Assembly: GCF_006345805.1 (NCBI RefSeq)
Contig: NC_042998.1
Coordinates: forward strand, 139,438,001 to 139,502,000
Direction of reading: 5' to 3'
DNA from: Octopus sinensis
Taxonomy: Eukaryota
DNA length: 64,000 nucleotides
Translations under genes and position numbers: made by a program
Shown here: positions 10,103 through 21,334 of the stretch, in pieces
Numbering within the stretch: the stretch's first letter is position 1
Layout of the letters: every line of letters starts with the position of its first letter
The notes under the pieces: generated by a model
The model's input: only the letters and a program-made list of their open reading frames with translations
Told to the model about the DNA's origin: nothing
Database searches by the model: none

Positions 10103-11278
10103 ATCTGGTGGGCAATGCGGAAACTGGAGATTGATGAATGGTTGATAAGGGCTGTACAGACCCTATACAGAGAGGCCATTAGTAAGGTTAGGATTGGCAA
10201 TGAGTATAGTGAAGAATTCCGGGTAGAAGTAGGGGTCCAACAAGGTTCAGCCCTCAGTCCCCTTCTATTCATCATAGTCCTCCAGGCAATAACAGAGGAA
10301 TTCAAGACGGGTTGCCCCTGGGAGTTCCTCTATGCTGATGACCTAGCCCTCATAGCAGAATAACTACTGGAACTAGAAAAGAAATTTCAGGTGTGGAAGC
10401 TAGGTTTAGAATCAAAAGGCCTTAGAGTAAATGTAGCAAAGACCAAAGTTATAGTAAGGCAAACTCATCACACACACCCTCAGGTAGGTGGCCCTGCTCG
10501 ATCTGTAGAAAAGGTGTAAGTAGAAACTCCATAAGATGTACCCAGTGTACACTATGGACGCATAAGAGGTGCAGCAGCATCAAAGGAAAATTAACCAAGA
10601 AGATAGCTTTCATGTGCGCAGATGCACAGGGGCAATAGACACCACAGATACTCAGAAAACAGATTCCATCACACTCCAGGGCAAGAAACTAGAAGTAGTT
10701 GATAGTTTCCGCTACCTAGGTGACCAAGTTAGTAGTGGGGATGGATGCTCAGAGAGTGTCACCACTAAAATACGAATAGCCTGGGCAAAGTTTAGAAAGC
10801 TTCTACCCCTACTGGTGACAAAGGGTCTCTCACTCTGAGTGAAAGGTAGATTGTACGATGCATGTGTGTGAACTGCCATGCTTCACGGTAGTGAAACATG
10901 GGCTGTGACTGCAGAGGACATGCATAGGCTTGAAAGAAATGAAGCTAGCATGATCCGCTGGATGTGTAATGTCAGTGTGCACACACGGCAGAGTGTAAAC
11001 ACCCTGGGAGAAGTGCTGGACATAAGAAGCATCGGATGTGGTGTGCAAGAGAGACGTTTGCACTGGTATGGTCATGTACTACAGATGGATGAGGAGAGAT
11101 GTGTGAAGAAGTGCCACTCCCAAACAGTTGAAGGTATCCGGGGGAAGAGGTAGACCCAGGAAGACATGGAATGAGGTGGTCAAGCATGACCTTCGAACGT
11201 TGGGCCTCACAGAGGCAATGACGGAAGACCGAGATCTCTGGAGATATGCTGTGACTGCAAAGACCCGACAAATAATGT
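10097..11278 (+). pseudogene. 5'-truncated RTE-clade LINE: RT C-terminal half
   Basis: GVQQGSALSPLLF, FLYADDL, FRYLGD, RLHWYGHV and GRPRKTW motifs. In-frame stops and frameshifts are present. Confidence 0.92.
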
Positions 11279-11655
11279 AAGTTCATGGCTGTTTCCTGCA
11301 CCAGTTTTGCATAGCCCCAGCCCATCCAAAGTACTTTGGATTGCAGAACAATCTGCTGTGCTAACCTTGGATCGTGGGGTGACCTGCTGTGCTTGAGGAG
11401 ACCTATTGAGTTAAGTACATCAACGTCAAAATAAATATCAAATGGAAATTGTAGTTGTGATACCTGTGCCAGTAGCACGTAAAAAGCACCCACTACACTC
11501 ACAGAGTGGTTGGCGTTAGGAAGAGCATCCAGCTGTAGAAACACTGCCAGATCAGACTGGAGCCTGGTGCAGCCTCCTGGCTTCCCAGACCCTGGTCGAA
11601 CCGTCCAACTCGTGCTAGCACGGAAAACGGATGTTAAACGATGATGATGATGATA
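11279..11655 (+). mobile_element. RTE 3' UTR ending in (ATG)n
   Basis: Contiguous with the ORF stop. Contains GGCGTTAGGAAGAGCATCCAGCTGTAGAAA..GCTAGCACGGAAAACGGATGTTAAACGATGATGATG. Confidence 0.85.
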
Positions 11656-11687
11656 TATATATATATGTGTGTATATGTATATATATG

Positions 11688-11782
<95 letters not shown>

Positions 11783-12170
11783 CTAGCTGATGTACCCAGT
11801 AACTCCTGGGAAAGCAGGGCTTATCTCTGGGTTCCGTTCTCATAATTGTTTCGCTAATCCAATAACAACAATACAAAGTATGTAGCCCTTAAAACAGCTT
11901 TTGTGCATTTACACAAAATACCAAACTGTCTTACACAGGATCTTGTTTTTAGGAATTCCCAGTAAGTTATGAATACCCAAATTGTGAAGTCAGTTATGTA
12001 ATAACATGAAATTAGTTACCTGATAGTAAGAATTCAAATAAAGCAACCCTGAAAAGGGCTTAATGGGTTCCCAGAAATACTAATAAGGTATGAATACTAA
12101 AATCGTGAAGCATGTTACGTAATAACAGGCTAATCAGATATGAGATAATAATTCAAAGTAAATAACTCTG
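11783..12170 (-). mobile_element. Helitron/Helentron-type non-autonomous element with two ~110-bp internal units
   Basis: Terminal hairpin CCCAG..CTGGG (11795-11810) 12 nt from the CTAG end (11783-11786). The duplicated unit starts with TTCCCAG..TATGAATAC..GTGAAG. Confidence 0.5.
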
Positions 12171-12423
12171 GGCAGTGTTCTTGAGTAAGACACTCTATTT
12201 CATGTTACTCTAGTTCACTCAGCTGTAGAGATAAGTTGTGACATCACTGGTGCTACGTTGTATGAGCCTTTGCCTTTCCCTTGGATAACATCAGTGGCAT
12301 GGAGAAGAGAGGGTGGTACACATGGACAACTGCTGGGCTTCCATAAACAACCTTTCCCATACTCATGCCTCAGAGGGGAACTTTCTAGGTGCAATCCCAT
12401 GGTCATTCATGACGGAAGGGAGT

Positions 12424-12470
<47 letters not shown>

Positions 12471-12475
12471 ATATA

Positions 12476-13731
12476 TAGGGTCATCCCATAAATAATGTAG
12501 TTTTTTATACTTCTTCTAATTTTCAAAATTAAGATGAGGGAAGTTCTTTTTTAATCTAAAATATACTCTTCTTCATTTTCTACAAAATTCTTCCATCTAT
12601 CTAGTAGACTTGCAACACCTCTCTTCCAAAATTCACTAGTCCGTGATGATTAGATACTCCTCCAGTACTGTTCTAACCTCATCTACAGAATTCATATTTT
12701 TTCTGTCTAATTGGTTTTGAAGATTGCAGAATAAATACTAATCAGATGGGGCAATGTCCAGCAAATATGGTGGGTGGGGCATCGTTTCCCATTCTTACTG
12801 CTCCAGCCTTTGGAATGACATCCTTGCTGTATATGGCCGAGCATTATCCTGATGGAAGAACACCTTTTCGTCTTGAAACCAAAGATGATTTAGTGCTGAC
12901 TTAAGCTGCTCACAGTAGATCTCCTTTGTTATCGCTTGGTTTGTGTTTAAAAGTTCAAAGTGGACTAAACATTTCATATCCCTCCAAACAGATAACACCT
13001 TACCCTGGTGAAGATCTGGGGTGCCTGTGTTTCTCTATTCCCTACCCACTATCTTCAGCACTTTACATTTCTATAGAGAATCCATTTCTTGTCACAAGTC
13101 ACTATTCTGTCCCAAAAAGGTTCATTCGTGTGACATGACAGCAAAGAAGAGAACACATTTACTCTCTGCACATAATTAGACTCAGAAAGTTTGTAAGGAA
13201 CCCATTGACCCAATTTGCTGACATTTCCAATGGTACGCAGGTGTTGATGAATGGATGAATGACCAAATCCAAGTATCTCTGCTAGTTCCTCAACAGTTAT
13301 GATGGGATTTTATTCCACCAGGGTTTGCAGGAAGTCCTTGTTGAACTCTACAGATCTTCCAGGATGAAGCTCATCTTCTAGGCTGTAGTTTCCAGCTTGG
13401 AATTTCTGGAACCACCTTTAACACTGGCTTATGCTTATTGTCCAATCCCCATATACTGTATTAATATTCCTCACACTTCCCTTTGCGTTGTTGCCTTTAT
13501 TGAACTCATAAAGTAAAATATGCTGAATATGCTCCTTTGTCACTTCCATTATAGTTTTGAAAAAATAACTATTAAATTGGAACCGCACTTTTCAAAACTT
13601 GCACTAAGAATAAGCACAAGGTAAAATTACAACCTGCTTTTATAGTAAGTTGATGCAGGCAGTTTATCCTGTTCCCTGCAACTTTTAGTTCATGCCATTA
13701 AAAAAATCACATTATTTACAAGATGACCCAA
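12476..13731 (-). mobile_element. Full-length (1256 bp) inactive mariner transposon with both TIRs, in TA sites
   Basis: TIRs TAGGGTCATCCCATAAATAATGT (from 12476) and ACATTATTTACAAGATGACCCAA (to 13731), with TA on both flanks. Confidence 0.9.
12555..13549 (-). pseudogene. Mariner (DD34D) transposase pseudogene
   Basis: Starts at ATG 13549 with MEVTKEHIQHILLYEFNKG. Contains WVPYKL, DRIVTCDKKW, HQDNARPY and HPPYLLDIAPSD. Several stops and frameshifts. Confidence 0.92.
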
Positions 13732-13975
13732 TATATATATGACAGGTTTCCACACAGTTTCCATCTGCCAGATTTGCACAATGCATTATCAGCCTGGGGC
13801 TATAATAAAAGATATTGGCTCAAGGTACTATGTAGCTGGACTGAACCTCTAACCATGTAAAGTGAGCTGCTTTACCACACAGCTATGCTTGCAATCATAT
13901 TTTTCATTCTAGTTGTTTGAACATTTACTCTTACTGTTCCATTATCATGCACCATTCTTTTACAATTTCTTATTT

Positions 13976-14190
13976 CTTATTTCTTTACTGCCCACAAGGG
14001 GCTACACACAGAGAGGATAAACAAGGACAGACAAAGGGATTAAGTTGATTATATTGACCCCAGTGTGAAATTGGTACTTAATTTATCAACCCCCGAAAGG
14101 ATGAAAGGCAAAGTCGACCCCGGCGGAATTTGAACTCAGAACATAAAGACAGACGAAATACCACTAAACATGCTAACGTTTCTGCCAATT
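13976..14190 (-). mobile_element. SINE with Nin/Deu-like core
   Basis: Homologous to 6179-6393 (AATTTATCAACCCCCGAAAGGATGAAAGGCAAAGTCGACC). Confidence 0.8.
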
Positions 14191-14739
14191 TCTGGCCAAT
14201 TAATTAATAAAACCAAATTTCAGCTATTATTTACTCTTCTTCATAAATTCACTCCAGCTTCAACAAAATCCACTCACAAAGCTTTTGTTGGCCAGACCCA
14301 AAGTAGAAGATACATGTCCCAGAGTGCCATGCCGTGAAACTCAATCCAAACTACATAAAAAACTAGTTTTATTAAAACTTCAATCCAAACTACATAGTTA
14401 AGAAACAACTGTCTTAACTACACAGTTATGCTTGCACAGTAGCTGTGAAAAATTTTAAATATACTACTCCAATTTTGTGTATTCTTTTTCCCTGTCTAAA
14501 TTAAGAATTCTTTCTCAGACACAATGATCAAAAGAAAAACAGTACAATCCTTCTGAATCCATGCATATTCATGAGTCAAAATAGATATATTTCATTCACT
14601 TAACATGACAGCATAGTCACAATGATAAGAGTCACTGTAAAACTGTTATGATGTCAAATTTGTTCCATTGATAAGAATGCGACTGTCACTCACTTTACTT
14701 GCAATAGTAATAATGAGATTAGAGAAAGACACACAAACT

Positions 14740-14784
<45 letters not shown>

Positions 14785-15048
14785 ATATATATTGTGTATT
14801 GTATACCTGTTATTGAATTTTTAAATTTATTTTTTATCATAATCTCACTTTTCAAACACCCAACTTGAGATCCTATTTATTCAATTTAATTATTAATTAA
14901 TTATCTTCTGAATACACTTGTTGCCATTTTAAATAAGGTCTTTTAACAATATTATTATAGTATATTTATATTTCACTGTTAATTTTTTACACCCCATCCT
15001 ACCTAACCATACCATTATGCTTTGAAAATAAGTCACCAATCAAATTTC

Positions 15049-15256
15049 CTGAAAAGTTCCTGGCTTTTGGTAAAAGAAAATATAGGAGGATCAGTTAATT
15101 ATGATTTTATTGAAGATATTCCCCTCTCAGATTTACACACTTATTGCAGCAGTCCTTCAGTTTTCTAAGCCCCATAAAAGAACTTGGAAGGTTGGGCCCC
15201 CAACTGGTCCTTTTGCGATACCATAAAAGCCAGGAACTTTTCAGCAACCCCTCGTA
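15049..15256. mobile_element. Mariner-derived MITE
   Basis: Inverted repeats CTGAAAAGTTCCTGGCTTTT and AAAAGCCAGGAACTTTTTCAG. The right end CAGCAACCCCTCGTA is the reverse complement of a TACGAGGG-type mariner TIR. Confidence 0.75.
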
Positions 15257-15851
15257 AATGCTTATTTCTTGAATTGTATTATATCATATCATATTATATT
15301 ACATGTACCATCTATATATATTTATATATGTATGTATGTGTATATATATTTTACGTCCTGCTTTTGTCACATTTTTTTCTTGTCTGTTTTTGCCCCTCTG
15401 CGAGGCAAATTTATTTTAATTCTCTCACAGTGAAGGACTAGTTGACGAGTCGTGTCCTGTTTTATCCTTCGAAACACGCTTGAGTTAGCTAGAGACAGCT
15501 GATGACTGAGGATTTTTCCTTGTGTGGTGTGTCCAATACCTTGTTTTTCTGTTGTAAAAAATAATGTTTTTCCCGTTTCCGTTTCGTCTCTGTTTTTTTG
15601 TTGTAAAAAAATGGCTTGTCCGTTTTAGTTTTTCGTTGAGTTCTACGTCTAGTTGCGGTGTCCTGTACTCACGTATATATATTTATATATGCATGTATAT
15701 ATACATGTAGATGTAGGTACGTACATATATGTTTGTATGCATGCATATATTTTATTTATTACATTATTGTCTGACAGCGCGTTCACATCAGGGTCGATTC
15801 GATTCGTCGTTTCGTTCCACTTCCCTTCCTCCCACTATTGTTTTATATATA

Positions 15852-15917
<66 letters not shown>

Positions 15918-16712
15918 ATATATATACATATATATATATGCAAAAAGTTTGTTTGTTTGTCTGGTTTTGGCATTGAGAACAGTTAAAGGCCACTAGATCC
16001 CGTCAGATTGACTCCAAAATTTACAGGGACATGTAAAATGAAGTGAGGATGCGAGTGACTAGGTTAGAAATTCCCATCTTAAAAGGTGTCGTTGCTAGGG
16101 CCAAAAACGCACTTTGACAAGTCTACTCTCATTCTTTTATGTATCTGTCTTCCTCCATCACTCACTCTCTTTCCTCCCTTCTCATCACTTTCTATATATA
16201 ACGTCGTTTCACAGCGTCCTATATCTCCCCCCCCTCCCCGCCTTCGACAGCGCTTTCACACACACTCTCTCTCTCTCTCTCTACGTCTGTCTGCATTCAT
16301 AGAGAGAATTATCATCGCCACCACCACAACACAATCATGAGAACAAATATTATGAATCAGATATTTATTGGGTTAATTTACATGTGTGTGTGTGTTCTAT
16401 TTATAAATATGTATTTATAATGTATATATACAAAGTGTATATATCTGTATTTATGTATATTAAACTTTTTAATACTTTTTGATAGTTATATATATATTTT
16501 TTTTAAATTATAAAAATAAATTAATAATTTTAATTTTAAATTTGAATAATTTAAATTTTTAAATTTTATATTTTATATATTTTGTATATTATATTTTTAT
16601 TTTTACGTTTTGATTTATGTTTTTCAGTTTGATTTGCCTAATAGGAGTTTTATCTCTAATTTAATTTATATATATATATATATAATTTGTATACATTTGT
16701 ATATATAATGTG

Positions 16713-16748
<36 letters not shown>

Positions 16749-16899
16749 ATGTGTGCATTATGTGGTTGGTTGTGCTGAAAATATGCACACCTATGTTAAA
16801 AGTGCTGGCGAGTTTGCATGGCAACTATTTTTTTCCTCAATTGAAAGGACAAAATTCCTCATCTTATAAAATGTGGTCCGAGTAGACCTGAATGAAATC

Positions 16900-17640
16900 G
16901 GGTTATATTAACCAAAATGTGAAAAGAGGTCTAAATGGGGCTTGAAGGGGATTAAAATTTATAGGAGCAGGTGTTTAGGAATTCTCTGTTACATGAAGCT
17001 AAAAAATTTGCACCAGCCTTTAAATTGTCAATGTGTTGCCGTCTATGATGAAGAAGTTTTGAATGCTTGCCATGGTGAGTCTACTGTTGTCAGAAAGAAT
17101 CACTTCAAAGTTTGGTGTTTAGGAATTTTCTTTTACATCAAGTTCAAAATTTTACGCCAGCCGTTAAACTGCCACTACGTTGCTGTCCGTCATGAAGAAA
17201 TGCCAGCCATTGTGACTCTACTATCCTCAGATTCTATCCCTTCAAACTTTGGTTTCCAATATTTTTTTTATTTTTATTCAGCTCGCAAGTTCGTCTGTCC
17301 CTTTTAAATGTTAGTGTTTTGCCGGCTGCCTTGAAGCAGACCTTTCTGTTGTCACTGCCTGATATTTATGATTGATCTTTCAAAATATTTTCTTTCTCAA
17401 CTTACTCAAGATCTTTTGTTGTTTATAAATGGGAGAGAGAAAGATAGAGAAAGATAGAGAGTAAGAGAAAGTGAGGGAGAGTCCAAGAGAAATGAAGAGT
17501 AAGAGAGTGGGAAAGTGAGAGAGAAAGGAGAGAGAAACAAAGAGGGAGAATGTGGTGATAAAAAACAGAAAGGAAGCAACAGAAAGTAACAACCACACAC
17601 TTACCCGTGCGTAGAGCGGGTTACCTTAAGATAGTATATA
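16900..17640 (+). mobile_element. Probable Helitron-type element with two ~145-bp tandem units
   Basis: Repeated GGTGTTTAGGAATT..CCAGCC.TTAAA at ~16970 and ~17114. Terminal hairpin ACCCG..CGGGT at ~17606-17625. Confidence 0.4.
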
Positions 17641-18329
17641 TATATATACACACACATATATATCCTGAGTAGCTATGTAGCTCCTCTACAATAAGAATCT
17701 GCTCTACCCCAACCTCCTCCCTTATACCTTAATCTCCATCTAACATACAGTAACAACATCCTCCCTCCCTCCGTTTGTTGACTTGTGAGCTACATGGTGA
17801 CTTCAATAATGCCAGTGGCACAAATAAGAAGACACCCAGTACATACTATAAACTGATTGGTCTTAAGAAGAGTTTCAGGTTCGGTCCAACTGCAAAGTAT
17901 TTTAAGCAAATGTCTTTTACTAAAGCCTCAGGTTGACTAATGCCTTGTGCAAATTTGGTAAATGGAAACTGTGTGGAAGCCTGTCAGGCAAAGATTGTTG
18001 AAATACCCCAAACTAGATACAAGAAACTTTATACTTGTCAATTTTTAGTTCAAATTCCCTAGGGCTAACTTGGCATTCCATTTCTTTTCTCTTCTTCTCT
18101 TCATTGCTTAACGTCCGTTTTCCGCGCTAGCAATTATTGTGTAATTAAAAATAAAGTATTAGTTATATATTGCTACCATGTCAATTAACAACAGTTTTTC
18201 TTTCTGACAATAAGACATTATTATTCATATCAAGTTTGTGTAAATTAATGGTACAACTTCCTTTCAAATACTAATCCTCTAAAGGTCAGATGTCAAAATA
18301 TATCCTCAGAACATTTTTAATGATAATAA

Positions 18330-18545
18330 TAATAATGGTTTCAAATTTTGCAACAAGGGCAGCCATTTTGGGGGAGGGGATAAGTTGTACATCGACTCCA
18401 GTGTTTCACTGGTTCTTAATTTATTGAGCCCAAAAGGATGAAAGGCAAAGTTGACCTTGACAGAATTTGAATTCCGAATGTAGTAACAGGTGAAATACCA
18501 CTAAGCATTTCATCCAGCAAGCTAACGATTCTGCCGGCTTGCTGC
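18330..18545 (-). mobile_element. SINE with Nin/Deu-like core
   Basis: Homologous to 6179-6393. Confidence 0.75.
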
Positions 18546-19209
18546 CTATTTAATGATAATAATAACATTGATAAAGGATAAATTTTCCATTGGTATAAGC
18601 ACACACACACATGCACACACTCACACGCACGCATAGATGCATGCACACACACACAAAAATGGCAGAAGAAGGACATATAAGGAAACACATGCAAACCCAC
18701 AGTCTCAAACATTTTTTTCATGCGATTACATCAATTAATGCATAAATAAAATTGCAAATTAACCCACAAACCATAAAAAAAGACATTTAGATAAAAATAT
18801 ATCTCTACTGATGATAAGTTGTATTTTATCTAAAAATTATTTCTAGTTTCACAGTCATTCATTAATTATACCTAATTTTAGAGATGTGAAATTTCTCTGA
18901 CATATATTTCTATATTTTTGCTGTCAAATTTATCTATATACTACTAAAACTGTGATTGCTTGCTTGCTTGCAATCTTGCTTGAGTTTGTGCCTGTCTGTA
19001 ATTTAATACAGCCGAACTGGCGCATAATGGGAAAATACTCTGAAAGGAAAGTACCCTGAAATGAGAATGCAAACGGAATATAACAAGTTTCATGTAAATC
19101 TGACTAGGGATTCCTGAGATACGGGGTCTTTTTGGGATTGTTTCCACAAATCTAAGCAGTTGAACTTGGAGTTATTGCCCTTTACTGCGAACACCTGGAT
19201 AGTTTTGTT

Positions 19210-20761
19210 GGCCTAACTACGGATGTGTACCCACCAACTTTGTTGTCTCATAACTTCCAGAAAAATGGATACTTTTTAACAAAATTTTCAACAAATACCA
19301 CGTAGATGCTGTGGATTCAGAGTATAAAGGGATTTATAGGAAAGAATTTTTCCGAGGGGGTGGAGAGAGGAGTTTTGGAAAAACAAAGTTTCAGGTCAGG
19401 AAGGTCAAATAAGTTGGAGCTATTCTGTTTTGACAGGGATTTTTCACATTTTTTTAATTTCCCCACAGCCTTCGAAATGATAGGGGTTGGGATCTTTTTA
19501 TTAAAAAAAGTTTAAGAAACTTTTGAAATTCCTCAACATCCCACTCAAGGTCGATTTTGGCCAACTTTTTTTATAACTTAAAACCATGGGAAGAGCCTTT
19601 GCGGTGAAAAAAAAAATTAAATTCGTGAGGAAAAGGTATACGATTCAAGGGAGATTTGGCTGTTGTTTCTAGCACATCTCAAACCATCCTCCATTTTCAC
19701 ACTCACATGTATTAATGTTTTCCCAATATTTTTTGCCTATTAAACACATTTTATGGAATGATGATGTCAAAGTTGCACACATGTGGTCCATTGGTGGAAT
19801 ATAAGCTACAAAAAAAAAATTGTAATTTAAATTCTTACCCCCCACCTCAGTCAAGTGAAGGTGTGTGTGCGTGTAAGAAAAAATATTTTCTCACAGAAAA
19901 GTATGCTATTAAAATGAATTATCGTTTACATATGACTGTGGATAAATGCCAGCAATGACCTTCTCAAGCTCTCTAATATTTTAATTTATAAACAGAAACA
20001 ATCGGGGGCAGAGAGCGGGGTTGCAAAAACAATCATGGTTTTTCAAATTTGTGTTTTTTATAGCATATAAATGTATTCATGGAGAGTGAAATATTGAAAA
20101 ACCTCAATACATTCAAGAATGAAAAAAACGAGTGTTGTCTTGGGATACACTAGAAACAGCTGCCAAATCTCCCTTAAATCACTCACTTTTTCCTCTGAAA
20201 ATATTAACAATTTTTAAAATATTTTTTTTTACTATGATTTTGAAGTGCAAAAAAAAACTGGCCAAAATTGGTACAGAGTGGGATGATGGAAGGTGGGTAC
20301 AAAAAAGTTTTTAAACATTTTTCATAACAAGATGTTCCCAACCAACATCATTTTAAAGGCCGTGGATTAAAAAAATGGGAAAAATCCCCGTCAAAATGGA
20401 ATAGTTCCAACTTATTTGGTCTTCCTGATCTGAAATTCCTCTCCCAACTTCCTCAGAAAAAATTTTTCCCACAAATTTCTTTATAATAATAATCTATGCC
20501 ATTTGAAAGGTATTTGTATCAAATTTCAATAGAAGAAATCCATTTTCCTGAAAGTTATGAGGAAAAAAATTTGAATCAAGCGAATTGTCTGAAACTCCTC
20601 TCCCTACCCTCTTGAAAAAAATTATTTCCCATAAATCCCTATATACTCTGAATCCACAGCATCTAAGTGGTATTTGTTGAAAATTTCATTAAAAAGTATC
20701 CATTTTTCTGGAAGTTATGAGGCAACAAAGTCGGGGGTGGATACACAACTGTAGTTATGCC
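19210..20761. mobile_element. Foldback/Mutator-like non-autonomous element with ~520-bp inverted arms
   Basis: Arms 19210-19730 and 20090-20761 are reverse complements. Termini are GGCCTAACTAC and GTAGTTATGCC. Flanks AGTTTTGTT and AGTTTTTAT match at 7 of 9 positions. Confidence 0.85.
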
Positions 20762-21334
20762 AGTTTTTATTTGAGTGCTTGCTTGTGTGTAATGTAATAC
20801 AGCCAAACCAGCACATAAAGAGAAAATACTCTAAAAGTAAGGTACCCCTGAAATGTAAATATAAATGGAAAAAAACAAGTTTTGCATAAATCGAACCACA
20901 GATTCCTAAGATACATGTTTTTTTGGGGTACCTTCATAAATAGCCAAAACGGGGCATAATGGGAAAATTCTCTGAAAGTAGCATAACCCTGAAATGGGAA
21001 AATTGTTTCCATTAATTTTATGTTTATGCTATATAACAATTCCTTTTGCATTTTTGTAGAAGTGTGCACATCTGCCATAAATAAATGTTGTTACTGGAAT
21101 TCAAGTTTATCCTGGAAATTCTATTTCTATTAGATGCTGTAAATAATCATAAAAACCTTAAACATGAACTTGTAAACCAGATCTATGATGACATGAACGA
21201 CTTGAAATATTTAGCTGAATCATCATAAAATTAACTTTCATTTCAATACAATGTTGAAACCAGCTTCAAGATTTTATAACCTGAATGGGTCGTGTGTTGT
21301 CTACTTTCACTTAGATTGTTACACTGATTCCTGT

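Noticed and set aside
10972-11781. 269-aa minus-strand ORF
   Set aside because: It is antisense to the RTE ORF end and tail, starts in a TA repeat and has no recognisable domain.
15460-15510. CGAAAC..CTGATGA as a type II hammerhead
   Set aside because: Both core strings are present, but I could not build a stem I adjacent to C3 or a convincing stem III.
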